From assembly GCA_965248925.1 (NCBI GenBank), contig CBDFLE010000006.1, positions 224,001 through 288,000 of the forward strand: 64,000 nt of DNA, in the 5' to 3' direction. This stretch comes from Candidatus Multivoradales bacterium. Lineage in GTDB: Bacteria > Acidobacteriota > Thermoanaerobaculia > Multivoradales > J023. The position numbers and the translations under genes are program-made. Numbering within the stretch: position 1 is the stretch's first letter; each line of letters opens with the position of its first letter. The notes below the pieces were generated by a model, which did no database searches, was not told where the DNA came from, and saw only the letters and a list, made by a program, of their open reading frames with translations. Positions 21,166 through 31,950 of this stretch are shown piece after piece.

Positions 21166-22625
21166 TCGACTTGCTCCAGCTGGCGCGCCAGCTCTACCGC
21201 GGCGAGCAGGGCCGCTGCCTTGTCCTCGGTCTCACGCTGCTCCAGGCGCGGATCACTGTCGGCGACGATGCCAGCGCCGGCGGTGACCGAGGTTTCGCCA
21301 TCCTTGAACACCAACGTGCGGATGGTGAGGCAGGTGTCGACGTCGCCCGAGAACGACATGTAGCCCACCGCCCCAGCGTAGGGACCCCGGGCCTCGGGCT
21401 CGAGTTGATCGATGATCTGCATGGCGCGAATTTTCGGGGCTCCCGACACCGTACCGGCGGGAAAAGTGGCCAGCAAGGCGTCCAGCGGCGAATGGTCCTT
21501 GGCGAGATCGGCAACCACACTGGAAACGATGTGCATGACGTGGCTGTAACGCTCGATCTCCATGAAGCTGGCCACCTCGACACTGCCGATGGCGGCGACC
21601 CGGCCCAAATCATTGCGGCCCAGATCGACCAGCATGACGTGCTCAGCACGCTCCTTGGGGTCGGCTAGCAGCTCTTCGGCCAACTGCCGATCGGCCGCCG
21701 CGTCGGCACCGCGCGGGCGAGTGCCGGCGATCGGCCGGTTTTCTATTCTGCTGCCAATCTTGCGCACCAGCATCTCTGGCGAAGCACCCACCAGAGTGGC
21801 CTCGGGCAATTCCAACATCACCATATAGGGACTCGGGTTGACCACCCGCAAGGCACGGTAGAGAGCCAGCGCTGGAGGTGAATTCTCCACCGTGAAACGC
21901 CGCGCTAGCACGACCTGGAAGATATCGCCAGCGGTGATGTAGCGCTTCGCCCGGCGCACCGCGGCACGGTAGGACTCGCCGTCGAGGCTGACCCGCGATG
22001 GCAGCAGGTCGGCAGTCTCGCGCTGGCGACAGTCACTAGCCGGCATGGTCACCGCGCGGGTGCTGGCTTCGGCGGTCAGCAGCTGCTCGACCCGGCCCAA
22101 ACGACGCTTGGCGGCACTAGCGCTGACCTCGCCTTCAATCTCGTTGGCCATCACCACCACCCGCTGCCGCGCATGGTCAACGGCCACCACCGTATCGAAA
22201 CGACCCAGCTCGACAATCGGCAGGCCGAAGGGATCCGGCGGCCGCTCGCCCAAGCGCTCGACCAAACGGATAGTGTCGTAGCCGAAGAAACCCACCCAGC
22301 CACCGGTGAAGGGGATCGCGCCGCGCGCCGCCCGCACCCGGCCGAGAATCTCCGCTAGCGCCTCCAGCGGCGGCCCTTCGAAGATCTCCCGCCGCTGCCG
22401 ATAGCGCTCCACCACCACCCGGTTCTCGTACACTCGACAGATCTCCATCGGACCAGCGCCGAGAAAACTAAAGCGCGACACCTGATCGCCCCCGCTCACA
22501 CTCTCGAACAAGAAGCGCACCTTGGAGATGCTCTCGAGCCGGCGGTAGACCGCCAACGGCGTCAAGCTGTCAGCCAGTAGCTCGCGAGCATGGACGGTTG
22601 CCTGGCGTGGCGGCCCCGAGTTCAT
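21162..22625 (-). CDS. trpE: Anthranilate synthase component I
   Basis: GDIFQVVL, NPSPYM, KERAEHVMLVDLGRND, FPAGTVSGAPKIRAM, AGAGIVADS. Confidence 0.96.
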   Translation of the reverse strand: MNSGPPRQATVHARELLADSLTPLAVYRRLESISKVRFLFESVSGGDQVSRFSFLGAGPMEICRVYENRVVVERYRQRREIFEGPPLEALAEILGRVRAARGAIPFTGGWVGFFGYDTIRLVERLGERPPDPFGLPIVELGRFDTVVAVDHARQRVVVMANEIEGEVSASAAKRRLGRVEQLLTAEASTRAVTMPASDCRQRETADLLPSRVSLDGESYRAAVRRAKRYITAGDIFQVVLARRFTVENSPPALALYRALRVVNPSPYMVMLELPEATLVGASPEMLVRKIGSRIENRPIAGTRPRGADAAADRQLAEELLADPKERAEHVMLVDLGRNDLGRVAAIGSVEVASFMEIERYSHVMHIVSSVVADLAKDHSPLDALLATFPAGTVSGAPKIRAMQIIDQLEPEARGPYAGAVGYMSFSGDVDTCLTIRTLVFKDGETSVTAGAGIVADSDPRLEQRETEDKAAALLAAVELARQLEQVE

Positions 22626-23263
22626 TTCGCCACCTCTTCAGGCTGCGGCCCTGACCCTTGATGCCGAGCCCGTAACTTGGCCGCCACCCGTTGCGGATCA
22701 ACCTCCCGCGCGGCCAGTAAGACCAACAAGTGATAAAGCAGGTCGGCAGCCTCATCAGCCAGTTGATCCCCATCTTGGGCCAGCGCCGCGATCACCGTCT
22801 CGGTGGCTTCCTCACCCACCTTCTGTGCCACCCGTTCGATGCCCTGCGCCAGCAACCGTGCGGTGTAGCTTTGCTCAGCATCGGCACCACGGCGCTCGGC
22901 GATCACCCGTGCCAACCAGCCGAGTTCGAGCGTTGCCGGATTGGGCTCGAAACAACTGCGGGTGCCGCGATGGCAGGTCGGACCCGCGGGCCGCGCCCGC
23001 AGCAGCAGAGTGTCGTGATCGCAGTCGGCGCACACCTCGACCACTTCGAGAGTGTTGCCCGAGGTCTCCCCCTTCTGCCACAGGCACTGCCGCGAGCGGC
23101 TCCAGAACCAGGCCCGGCCGGTCGCCAGGGTACGCTCGACCGCTTCCTGGTCGGCCCAGGCCAGCATCAGCACAGCGCCGCTGGTCTCGTCTTGCACCAC
23201 GACTGGCAACAGCCCTCTTGAGTCGTAAGTCAGGGCTGAGGCATCGATCTGATTCGTCTTCAC
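22622..23263 (-). CDS. hisIE: Bifunctional phosphoribosyl-AMP cyclohydrolase / phosphoribosyl-ATP pyrophosphatase
   Basis: [21 protein letters not shown] (HisI); [23 protein letters not shown] (HisE). Confidence 0.96.
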   Translation of the reverse strand: MKTNQIDASALTYDSRGLLPVVVQDETSGAVLMLAWADQEAVERTLATGRAWFWSRSRQCLWQKGETSGNTLEVVEVCADCDHDTLLLRARPAGPTCHRGTRSCFEPNPATLELGWLARVIAERRGADAEQSYTARLLAQGIERVAQKVGEEATETVIAALAQDGDQLADEAADLLYHLLVLLAAREVDPQRVAAKLRARHQGSGPQPEEVAK

Positions 23264-24081
23264 GGGCTCACCTCTCGCACCGGAAATCCTTCGTCTCGCA
23301 GATGCCGTTTGACATCGCCAACGCTGTATTGATGCTGATGAAAAATCGACGCCGCCAGCACCGCCGCAGCACCGGCGCCGAGAGCAGCCGCCAGATGGGC
23401 CGGCCGGCCGGCGCCCCCCGAAGCGATCACCGGCACCGCCGTGCGACTGGAGATGGCGGCGAGCAGTTCGAGGTCGTAACCGTCCTGGGTGCCATCGCTG
23501 TCGATCGAGGTCAGCAAGATCTCACCCGCGCCTCGTTCGACCCCTGCGAGGGCCCAGGCGACGGCGTCGAGATCGCGGGCCTGGCGGCCACCGTGGGTGA
23601 CCACTTGCCAGCGCGGAGAACTGGCTGCGGCGGACTCGGCGGGCAAACGCCGGGCATCTACCGACAGCACCACGCATTGGGCACCGAAGCGCCGCGCCAG
23701 CTGGTCGAGCAACTCCGGCTGGTCGAGGGCAGCGGTGTTGATCGCCACCTTGTCGGCGCCGGCCCGCAGCAAGCGTTCAGCATCCGCGACCTGGCGCACG
23801 CCGCCGCCCACCGTCAGCGGTACGAACACTTGCTCGGCGGTACGAGCCACCCATTCGAGATCTGTATCGCGGCGTTCCGGCGCCGCGGTGATGTCGAGAA
23901 AGACAATCTCGTCGGCGCCTTGGCCGGCATAGCGCGCAGCCGCCTCGGCCGGATCGCCCTGGTCGACCAAATTCTGAAACCGCACCCCCTTGACCACCCG
24001 TCCGGCGCGGACATCGAGGCAGGGAATCACCCGAAAAGTGAGCCCGCTGCCGGCGATGCCCCGCGAGTCCAGGGCGCGCAT
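23260..24081 (-). CDS. hisF: Imidazole glycerol phosphate synthase cyclase subunit
   Basis: [49 protein letters not shown]. Confidence 0.97.
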   Translation of the reverse strand: MRALDSRGIAGSGLTFRVIPCLDVRAGRVVKGVRFQNLVDQGDPAEAAARYAGQGADEIVFLDITAAPERRDTDLEWVARTAEQVFVPLTVGGGVRQVADAERLLRAGADKVAINTAALDQPELLDQLARRFGAQCVVLSVDARRLPAESAAASSPRWQVVTHGGRQARDLDAVAWALAGVERGAGEILLTSIDSDGTQDGYDLELLAAISSRTAVPVIASGGAGRPAHLAAALGAGAAAVLAASIFHQHQYSVGDVKRHLRDEGFPVREVSP

Positions 24082-24809
24082 CAGGCGTCCTCCGCCGCCG
24101 TCGCGGCGGCCATGGCCTCTGCCAATGAGAAAAGGCCTTCGTAGAGCGCCTTGCCGACAATCGCCCCGGTCACTCCGGCAGTGGTCGCCGCGGCCCGTAA
24201 ATCATCCAGGCTGGCGATGCCGCCGGACACCAGAGCCGGCAAGCCAGTGAGTTCGGCGACCCGGGTGGTAAGGGGCAGATTGGGACCTTCCAGCATGCCG
24301 TCGCAGTCGATATCGGTCACCAAGACCGCTGGGCAGGGCAGCCCCTGCAAGCGCTGGCAGAGTTCCTCCAGACTAACTCCAGCGGCCTCGCGCCAACCGG
24401 CCACACGGGGCTCGCCAGCGGCGGTCTCCACCGCTGGCACCAGCTGACCGGGATGGGCCGTGGCCAGCTGGCGAAAGAGGTCGAAATCGCGGGCCACCAT
24501 CGAACCCAGCACCACCCGTTCACAACCCGCCGCCAGGGCTCGTTCGACCGCCGGCTGATCCTTCAAACCGCCACCGAGTTCGATCCGTGGCTGGCCGCGG
24601 GAAACCAGCTCCTCGATCAACGCGAGCTGCTGCCGCTCACCGAAAGCGGCATCGAGGTCGATCACGTGCACCAGCTCGACACCTTCAGCGGCGTACTCGG
24701 ACAGCACCCACGAGGGATCGAGGCCATAGAGGGTCGTGTGGCGGTCATCACCATGCTCCAGACGCACCACCTGGCCGTGGCGCAGGTCGATTGCCGGAAT
24801 CAGCTGCAC
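24081..24809 (-). CDS. hisA: ProFAR isomerase
   Basis: [44 protein letters not shown]. Confidence 0.95.
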   Translation of the reverse strand: MQLIPAIDLRHGQVVRLEHGDDRHTTLYGLDPSWVLSEYAAEGVELVHVIDLDAAFGERQQLALIEELVSRGQPRIELGGGLKDQPAVERALAAGCERVVLGSMVARDFDLFRQLATAHPGQLVPAVETAAGEPRVAGWREAAGVSLEELCQRLQGLPCPAVLVTDIDCDGMLEGPNLPLTTRVAELTGLPALVSGGIASLDDLRAAATTAGVTGAIVGKALYEGLFSLAEAMAAATAAEDA

Positions 24810-25453
24810 CGAGCCTCCTCCCCAGGGTTGGCCAATTCTAAGAAGTTGGCCAACAGCCGCAGGCCCACCGCGCCGCTTTTCTCAGGATGAAACTGGGTGC
24901 CCAGCACTCGGCCACGAGCGGCAATGGCGGCGAAAGCGCTGCCGTGCTCGGTGCGCGCCAAGCAAAGCTCAGCGGGTACTTCGAAGGCCGCGAAACTGTG
25001 GACGAAGTAGACGTAGCTTCCTTCCTCCAGGCCGGCCATCAGTGGATGATCGGCAATCCCCAGCAAGCGATTCCAACCAATATGTGGCAGCGGCACGCCA
25101 GCCGGTAGCTGGCGCACCGTGCCGGGCAGCAAATCGAGGCCATCGGTGCGGCCGAATTCCTCGCCGGCGGTAAACAGCAGTTGATAGCCAACGCAGATGC
25201 CGAGCAGCCAGGCGCCCGCGGCAACCGCCTCCCGCAACGCCAGTTCGAGAGGGCCGCGCAGCGCCTCGCGGGGCGGCTTGAAGGCACCAACTCCGGGCAG
25301 GATCAAGCAGCGGGCAGCGCCGACGACCGCCGGCTCGGCTGAGATCCGCGGATCACTGCCGAGGTGCCGCAGCGCTCGCGCCACATTGCCCAGGTTGCCA
25401 ACCCCGGCATCGATCACCACCACTTGCGGGCGGTCTGTTGCCGACCGGTTCAT
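24800..25453 (-). CDS. hisH: Imidazole glycerol phosphate synthase glutamine amidotransferase subunit
   Basis: GNL, LPGVGAF, GICVGYQ, PHIGWN, YFVHSF, QFHPEKS. Confidence 0.97.
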   Translation of the reverse strand: MNRSATDRPQVVVIDAGVGNLGNVARALRHLGSDPRISAEPAVVGAARCLILPGVGAFKPPREALRGPLELALREAVAAGAWLLGICVGYQLLFTAGEEFGRTDGLDLLPGTVRQLPAGVPLPHIGWNRLLGIADHPLMAGLEEGSYVYFVHSFAAFEVPAELCLARTEHGSAFAAIAARGRVLGTQFHPEKSGAVGLRLLANFLELANPGEEARCS

Positions 25454-26091
25454 TCGCTCAGCGTCCCCTTGGTCGAAGGGACCTCAGCGGCCGTCACTTC
25501 CCCGCCAGCGGTGTTCACCCTCAAGGCCACCGCCTGGCGCAAGGCCAGGGCCACTGCCTTGAACGCCGCCTCAGCGGCATGGTGCGCATTGCGCGCGGTC
25601 AGCACATCGAGATGCAGGGTAAAGCGCCCACGGTCGGCGAAAGCGTGAAAGAAATCGGCGATCAGGGTGAGTGGAAATTCGCCGGTCACCCAGCTATGTT
25701 CGATCTCCGCCGGCACCTGATAGGCGAAAAAACCACGGCCGGAAAGATCCACCACCGCCCGTGCCAAAGCCTCGTCGAGGGGGGCGTAGGCATGGGCAAA
25801 ACGCACCACGCCCCGGCGCTCGCCGAGGGCTTGACGCAGAGCATCTCCGAGAGCGATACCCACATCCTCGACGGTGTGGTGCAGATCGACGTGGACATCC
25901 CCCGCGGCAGAAATATCCAACCCCAACCCACCGTGAGTGGCCAGAGCGTCGAGCATGTGGCCGAAAAAGCCGTTGGGCACTTGCAGCGACTTCTGTTCAG
26001 GGTGGTCGAGATCGAGGGTCAGTTGCACCGAAGTCTCGCCGGTGCGGCGATCGACCGAGGCACGGCGCGGATCGGCTGCTGCGTTGCTCAT
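25450..26091 (-). CDS. hisB: Imidazoleglycerol-phosphate dehydratase
   Basis: R.T.ET, HML, HHTVED, PLDEAL, NAHHAAEAAFKA, PSTKG. Confidence 0.97.
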   Translation of the reverse strand: MSNAAADPRRASVDRRTGETSVQLTLDLDHPEQKSLQVPNGFFGHMLDALATHGGLGLDISAAGDVHVDLHHTVEDVGIALGDALRQALGERRGVVRFAHAYAPLDEALARAVVDLSGRGFFAYQVPAEIEHSWVTGEFPLTLIADFFHAFADRGRFTLHLDVLTARNAHHAAEAAFKAVALALRQAVALRVNTAGGEVTAAEVPSTKGTLSE

Positions 26092-27182
26092 GACGGATCC
26101 TCCGAAGTCGCGGCAAGAATCTCCACCAGCGCAGCACGGGTATCGCGCAACGCCCGGCCATGGCCGACCGAGATTCGCCAGCAGTCACTCAAGCCCGGAT
26201 AGCCGCTGACATCGCGCACCCGAATGCCGCGACCTTCCAAGCCGGCGAGGGTCGCGGCCGCGCGCCGATCGCGGACCAACAAGAAATTAGCCTGGGACGG
26301 GAACACCTCCAGCCCCTGCTCGCTGAGCATTTCCACCCACTGCCGACGCCGGCCGAGGATCACCCGCACTCGCCGCTCGACAGCATCCTTGGCGGCTAGC
26401 GCTACCTCACCGGCCAAAGCGCTCGCTCGACCGACGTTGTAGGGCAGCTTGACCTTGATCAGCTCACTGACCAGGCGCGGATCCGCCAGCAGGTAGCCCA
26501 ACCGCTGCCCGCCCAAGGACCAGGCCTTGGAAAAAGTGCGAAAGATCACCAGGTGGGGATAGAGATCGAGCAGCGGGCGATAGTCGTGACGACAAAATTC
26601 AGCGTAGGCATTGTCGAGCAGTAGCGGCGCTTCCAACCGCTCGAGCAATGCCGCGATCCGGGCCGGCTCGGCGGCGTCGCCAGTCGGATTGTTGGGGCTG
26701 CACAAGATCACCGGCCGGCGAGGGTCGCGCTCGATCTCGGCCGCCAGCTCAGCCAGCGGCAGCCGCAGATCGGCCGCTGGGCCGACGAAGCGCGGCGTGG
26801 CGGCGGCGCGCAGCACGAACATGCGGTAGAGACTGAAGCTGGGCAGCGTCGCCAACACCTCTCCACCGGGCCTGGCCAGCGCCTCCAGCGCCACCCCGAG
26901 CAGCTCGTTCGAACCGTTGCCAACCAAGATACCGGCCGCCGGCCAATCGTTGTGGCGACCGAGAGCAACGCGCAGATCGTCGGCATGAAAATCCGGATAG
27001 TCGGCCCAGGCGGTGGCCAACCAACGCGCCGCGATCCGCCGTTTGATCCGCCCCGGCAGCTCCCAGGGCACTTCGTTCTGGTCCAGCTTGTGACGGCAGG
27101 GGGACAGATCGAGGTGGTATTCCTTCAGCTGGCGCAGTTCGTCGCGCACCAAGATAGCCGGGTCGAGTCGCGCACTGGCCAC
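26088..27182 (-). CDS. hisC: Histidinol-phosphate aminotransferase
   Basis: KLDQNE, GNGSNE, CSPNNPTG, DNAY.EF, RTFSKAW..G.RLGY. Confidence 0.95.
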   Translation of the reverse strand: MASARLDPAILVRDELRQLKEYHLDLSPCRHKLDQNEVPWELPGRIKRRIAARWLATAWADYPDFHADDLRVALGRHNDWPAAGILVGNGSNELLGVALEALARPGGEVLATLPSFSLYRMFVLRAAATPRFVGPAADLRLPLAELAAEIERDPRRPVILCSPNNPTGDAAEPARIAALLERLEAPLLLDNAYAEFCRHDYRPLLDLYPHLVIFRTFSKAWSLGGQRLGYLLADPRLVSELIKVKLPYNVGRASALAGEVALAAKDAVERRVRVILGRRRQWVEMLSEQGLEVFPSQANFLLVRDRRAAATLAGLEGRGIRVRDVSGYPGLSDCWRISVGHGRALRDTRAALVEILAATSEDPS

Positions 27183-27184
27183 CC

Positions 27185-28504
27185 TCAGTCCTCCTCGGGC
27201 GCCACTCGCAGGCGCGCTGAGCGGGCGTGCGCCGGCAGCCCTTCAGCGTCGGCCAGCACCGCGGCGGCCTCGGCGGCGGCGGCGGCGGCGGTGGCCGTGA
27301 AGTGAATTTGGTGACCACGACGAACGAAGTCCTCCACCCCGAGGGCCGAGGCGAAACGCGCCGAACCCGCGGTGGGCAAGACATGGCTTGGGCCGGCGAG
27401 ATAGTCGCCAAAAACTTCCGGCGTCGTCGCCCCGACAAATACCGCCCCAGCCGCCACCACTCGCTCAGCAAGAGTCTCGGCCGCCGCTCCCACCAACTGT
27501 AGATGCTCGGGGGCCAAGCGCTCCACCAGAGCCTGTGCTGCTGCCATGTTGGCCACCACGAACGCGCGCCCGCCCGCCGCCAAGGCAGCGCGGGCAGTCT
27601 TGCGGGTCGGTAGGTCACGCAGCTGGCGCCGCAGCTGGCGATCGACCTGCGAAGCAAAGCGGCGCTGCTCGGTGATCAACACCGCCACCGCCTGCGGATC
27701 GTGCTCGGCCTGGGCCAGCAAGTCGGCGGCGACCCAAGCTGGATCGGCCCCCTGGCTGGCGACGATCACCACCTCGCTAGGACCTGCGAGGCCATCGATC
27801 GCCACGGTTGTCGACACCAGGTGTTTGGCGGCGGTCACCCAGGCATTGCCCGGTCCGACAATCTTGTCCACCCGCTGAATGGTCTCGGTGCCGTAAGCCA
27901 GGGCGGCCACCGCCTGCGCTCCACCCATCCCCCAAACCTCGGTGATGCCCAGCCGACCCAGGGCCCAGCGCAGCGCCGGGTTGGCGGCCAGGGCTTGGGG
28001 CGGGGTCGCCACGACGATCTCCTGCACCCCGGCGAGCCGCGCCGGAATGGCGGTCATCGCCACCGTCGACGGGTAGGCGGCGCGCCCACCCGGCACATAG
28101 AGGCCGACCCGGCGCAGCGGCAGGCGGCGCTCGATCAGCTCGACACCGTCGACTTCTAATTCGAATCCGGGGTGAACTTGTTGCTGGTGATAGCTCTCGA
28201 TCGCCGCCATGGCGCGCTCGAAAGCGGCGACGAAACCGGTCGGCAGAGCGCTATCTTCCCCCTCCCCACCACTCCCGACCGCGGGCACGAAGCGCAGCTC
28301 CTCAACCTGTTTGACACTGACGCCGTCGTACTTCCGCAGCGCTTTCAACAGAGCTTTATCGCCCCTTCGGCGCACCCTGTCCAGCAACCGAGCGGTGCGC
28401 TTGAGCACCACCGGGTCCAGCAGCCGGTCGGCGCGACGGACCAGGGCTTCGATCGCCGCTTGACCGCGCTTCGAAGTCGCCATGCGAATCTGTAGCTCAG
28501 CCAT
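27185..28504 (-). CDS. hisD: Histidinol dehydrogenase
   Basis: GLYVPGG.A.YPST, GGAQAVAALAYGT, KIVGPGN, AGPSE, DLLAQAEHD, APEHL, GPSHVLPT. Confidence 0.97.
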   Translation of the reverse strand: MAELQIRMATSKRGQAAIEALVRRADRLLDPVVLKRTARLLDRVRRRGDKALLKALRKYDGVSVKQVEELRFVPAVGSGGEGEDSALPTGFVAAFERAMAAIESYHQQQVHPGFELEVDGVELIERRLPLRRVGLYVPGGRAAYPSTVAMTAIPARLAGVQEIVVATPPQALAANPALRWALGRLGITEVWGMGGAQAVAALAYGTETIQRVDKIVGPGNAWVTAAKHLVSTTVAIDGLAGPSEVVIVASQGADPAWVAADLLAQAEHDPQAVAVLITEQRRFASQVDRQLRRQLRDLPTRKTARAALAAGGRAFVVANMAAAQALVERLAPEHLQLVGAAAETLAERVVAAGAVFVGATTPEVFGDYLAGPSHVLPTAGSARFASALGVEDFVRRGHQIHFTATAAAAAAEAAAVLADAEGLPAHARSARLRVAPEED

Positions 28505-29150
28505 CTTCCACCTCCCACTGCAGCTCGACCAGGCCGGCTGCTTCGAGCCGATCGAGCCAGCCATTGAGCACCTGACGATGCCTCTGATAGGCCGCCCGAC
28601 CGACCACCAAACAAGGCTGCACCCGACGGGCCACTTCGAGTTCCACCAGACCGTTCTCACGCAGCGTGCCGCCGGTCTGGACGATGTCAAGAGCCACTTC
28701 CGACAGATCCAAAATCGGCCCTAACTCGACCGAGCCGTAGAGCTTGAAAACCTCCGCCCCCCAAGGCTTGGAGCGCAGCCAGCGGCGGGCGGTGCGGGGG
28801 TATTTGCTGGCGAGCCGCAATTGCTGACCGGGCCGCGGCAAAGTGCCCGGACGGCCGATCAGTGACAGCCGACTGCCGCCCTCGGTGAGCCGCGCCGGCA
28901 CCAGCAGATCGCCGCCACCCACCTCCTCCAAGACATCACTGCCGACAATGCCGCAGTCGGCGATGCCGTGGCCAACATAGAGGGGCAGGTCCCAGTCCTT
29001 GAGCAACAGAACCTCGACCCCATCGCCGGGCAACCGCTGCTGCAACTTGCGCCCACTGGTGTCAAGCCCGGCGAAAGTCAGGCCGGCGGCGCGCAGCGCT
29101 TCCAGCGCCGGTCGCTGATTGCGCCCCTTGGGCAGCCCCCAGCGAATCAC
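28497..29150 (-). CDS. hisG: ATP phosphoribosyltransferase, short form
   Basis: GLPKGR, D.P.YV..G.AD.GIVG.DVL.E, ASKYP, KLYGSVELGP, DIVQTG.TLRENGL. GTG start overlaps the hisZ stop. Confidence 0.95.
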   Translation of the reverse strand: MIRWGLPKGRNQRPALEALRAAGLTFAGLDTSGRKLQQRLPGDGVEVLLLKDWDLPLYVGHGIADCGIVGSDVLEEVGGGDLLVPARLTEGGSRLSLIGRPGTLPRPGQQLRLASKYPRTARRWLRSKPWGAEVFKLYGSVELGPILDLSEVALDIVQTGGTLRENGLVELEVARRVQPCLVVGRAAYQRHRQVLNGWLDRLEAAGLVELQWEVEDG

Positions 29151-30139
29151 CGCCCTTCCTCCTCTGCTCCGGACGGAGCCAACCGGCCCAGACTGAGAGA
29201 GAAGCCCGCGGCGGTGACCTCGGCCCCGAGGGTGTAGAATAGGCGATCGTAGCGCCCGCCAGCGCCTATTTCTTGCGACCCCTCGGCAGCATAGGCACGA
29301 AAGATCAGGCCATCGTAGTAGGCCCCCGGCCCGAGTTCGGGACGTAACCTCGGCTCGAGGATCTGGTCGGCGAACTCGGCCAAATCGACCCGCAGCTGCA
29401 ACCTCGGATGGCTCTCTCCAAGCCGCTCCACCAAGACCATTAGCCGCCGCAGCTGCGCTACTGCGATCTCGCCAAGGCACTCGACGTCGGCCGGCACACC
29501 CTCCCGAACCACTTGCAACAACCCTGGCGACATGTCACGCACCGCGGCGCGATCACGGCGTAAGACTGCCGCCGCCAGCCGTCCCACTTGCTCCACTCCA
29601 GACTCTGCCAGCGGCTGATCGAGGGCACCGGCAAAGCCCAGCACCACCAACGGCCGCCGTTGCTCATTGCTGAGCGGTGGGCAAGCCGCTTCTAGCAGGG
29701 CCAAGAAACTCTCAAGCGCAAGCTCTTCGCCAGCCGTACCCTCCATGCCAAGAACTTCGGCTCCCACCTGGTAGAGTTCCCGCTGGCGACCGGCGCGTTC
29801 CTCTTGGTAGCGCAGCACATCGCCGCGGTAGTAGAGCTTCAGCGGCAACTCCAAGAACTGCAACCGTGGCGCCAGCAAGCGGGCTAACATGGGGGTGAAA
29901 TCTCCCCGCAGCGCCAACACCTCCCCGTCGCGGTCCACCAAGCGGTAGAGCTGCTCACGACTAGCCGGACTGAGCAAGGCCTCGTAAGGCGCCAGGTAGT
30001 CCACCACCGGCAGCACAACCTCAGAAAAACCCTCGGCTTCGAGCCTTGCCACCAAACGCTGCTCCAAGGCACGACGACGGCGCGCACTACCCATCATCAA
30101 AGCTTCGACACCGGTCGGCAGAGAAGCAGAGATTCTCAT
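29147..30139 (-). CDS. hisZ: ATP phosphoribosyltransferase regulatory subunit
   Basis: LP.G, LR.DFT...AR, YY.G.V.R, RE..QVGAE, YY.G..F, GGRYD. Sits next to short-form hisG. Confidence 0.92.
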   Translation of the reverse strand: MRISASLPTGVEALMMGSARRRRALEQRLVARLEAEGFSEVVLPVVDYLAPYEALLSPASREQLYRLVDRDGEVLALRGDFTPMLARLLAPRLQFLELPLKLYYRGDVLRYQEERAGRQRELYQVGAEVLGMEGTAGEELALESFLALLEAACPPLSNEQRRPLVVLGFAGALDQPLAESGVEQVGRLAAAVLRRDRAAVRDMSPGLLQVVREGVPADVECLGEIAVAQLRRLMVLVERLGESHPRLQLRVDLAEFADQILEPRLRPELGPGAYYDGLIFRAYAAEGSQEIGAGGRYDRLFYTLGAEVTAAGFSLSLGRLAPSGAEEEGR

Positions 30140-31719
30140 TGCGCCTGCCCCTCCGGCAGGCGCAGCAAGCGGCGCGCAAGATCTTCGTCGAGGCTGTAGC
30201 GGGTCATCAGCAAGAATTGCGGTAGGGCCTGGGCGAACAGCGCCTCACGCCCCGGGACCACGGCTATACCTCGTGCTTCGAGGGCCTCGACCAAGGCAGT
30301 CTCATGTCGACCGTAGACCAAATCCACCACCGTTGCGTCGCTGGCCACGGCCGCTACGTCGAAGGGCAAAGGATCGTTCTCGCCATGGCCCAGTCCGGTC
30401 GCATGGATGATGATGTCGAAACCTGAAGGGTCGAAGGCGTCGAGGGCGACAAAGGGCAAAGCAAGTTCGGTCGAGGCTTTCTTGCCCCGCTCCTCACCGC
30501 GGTTGACCAGTGTGACTCGAGCCCCTTCGAGCTGAAGACCGTAGGCCGCGGCTCGGCCAGCGCCACCACAGCCGACAATCGCCGCCCGGACGCCTCGGAA
30601 AGCCACCCCCCAGCGCCGCAACGGCTCGACAACTCCCTCCGGATCCGTGGTCTCGGCCTCCCACACTTCGCCACTCTTGACCAAGGTGTTGGCGGCGCAG
30701 ATGTGCTGTGCCCGCGGACTCGAGGCACCAGAGACGGCCAGCGCAACTTCCTTGTAAGGGGCGGTCACCGACAGGCCACGCAGCGGAAACCCGAGATCTT
30801 CCAGGCTGCCCGACTCGACAACTTCGATCCAAAAATCACCGAACGACTCGATATGGAACGGCAGATAAAGATAAGGCAAGCCGAGTTCCCGATAAGCACC
30901 GTTGTGCAGCCGCGGCGACAACGAATGCAGCACCGGCCGGCCGGCAATGCCGTAAAGCCCTTCGATCGGCGGCAACTCGGGGAGGCCATAGTCGCGGCGC
31001 AAACGCGCTACCGACAGCTGACCCGGCGCGGCCGGGGTTTCGCTAGCGGATCCGTAGACCCAAGGGCTACCCAGCCGCGGCGCTAGCAGGCGGGTCCAGG
31101 TGGCGATCTCACCCACGCCAAAAGAAATCACATCCTCACGCCCCAGCGAACGCAGCAAGGCCAGCGCGCGGATGCCGTCGCCCGACCCGGCAGCGATCGG
31201 GATCACCTTGTAGTAGCGCGCCTCGGTCGAGGTCATGTGCTCGAAACGCTGACGCAACGCCGTCAAGTGAATCGCCGGACCGTGCCACGAGATCAACCGC
31301 TTGCTCGCCGGCACCTGCACTAGGAGTTCGGGAAAAAGATCCCGCTCAGCTTCCAGATCCACCAGGTCGTAGCCCTCGGCCGCTGCACTCAAGCGCTGCT
31401 GGCGCCGTGCCTTGCCCGCCTCGGATTTGCCACCCTCCGCCCGGCTGCGCAAAGTGTAGAGCAAGCGCCCAGAGAAATGCTGGCGCAGAAACTCGACCTC
31501 GAGATCGCCCACCAAGTCGCCTCGTACTTCGAGCACGTCAGCGAGCTGTGACAGCTCTTTCAGGTCGGCACCGTCACTGGCCGGTGGATGGGTCAGCGTA
31601 GCAACCAGCTCGGTGCGCTGTTGTGGGTCGCGAACGCTCCGACGGTCGTTTCTAGAGCCGTCGTTGCTGACGCTGTCGTCGTTGGATGTGCGATCAGACA
31701 CCAAAAAACCTCTTTCCAT
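30136..31719 (-). CDS. aroDE: Bifunctional type I 3-dehydroquinate dehydratase / shikimate dehydrogenase (AroD-AroE fusion)
   Basis: N-terminal E.R.D, TLRSRAEGG, ISWH, APGQ (DHQase I); C-terminal HSLSPRLHN, SVTAPYKE, ANTL, GCGGAGRAAA, DLVY. Exact start uncertain. Confidence 0.88.
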   Translation of the reverse strand: MERGFLVSDRTSNDDSVSNDGSRNDRRSVRDPQQRTELVATLTHPPASDGADLKELSQLADVLEVRGDLVGDLEVEFLRQHFSGRLLYTLRSRAEGGKSEAGKARRQQRLSAAAEGYDLVDLEAERDLFPELLVQVPASKRLISWHGPAIHLTALRQRFEHMTSTEARYYKVIPIAAGSGDGIRALALLRSLGREDVISFGVGEIATWTRLLAPRLGSPWVYGSASETPAAPGQLSVARLRRDYGLPELPPIEGLYGIAGRPVLHSLSPRLHNGAYRELGLPYLYLPFHIESFGDFWIEVVESGSLEDLGFPLRGLSVTAPYKEVALAVSGASSPRAQHICAANTLVKSGEVWEAETTDPEGVVEPLRRWGVAFRGVRAAIVGCGGAGRAAAYGLQLEGARVTLVNRGEERGKKASTELALPFVALDAFDPSGFDIIIHATGLGHGENDPLPFDVAAVASDATVVDLVYGRHETALVEALEARGIAVVPGREALFAQALPQFLLMTRYSLDEDLARRLLRLPEGQAQ

Positions 31720-31950
31720 GGAATCCGGAAAGAGGTCTCAGGTGCGGCGTTTGCCCTCGTCCCGGATTACGAACGGCCGGGACCCTCGCCCAGCCTAGGA
31801 TCCGTGATGCGCGTGATTCCACCAGCCACAGCACGCCGTGGTGTTCAGGGTCTGGAGGCTTCGCAGATTCGACATCGTCGTTTCCTCGGGAGGCGAAAGG
31901 CGCCTCAAGAGGCGGTGATTACAGCAGCTGGCCCAAGGGCTGTCAAGTTC

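Noticed and set aside
31720-31950. His/Trp attenuator leader upstream of the superoperon
   Set aside because: No short minus-strand ORF with His or Trp runs and no clear terminator/antiterminator pair was seen.
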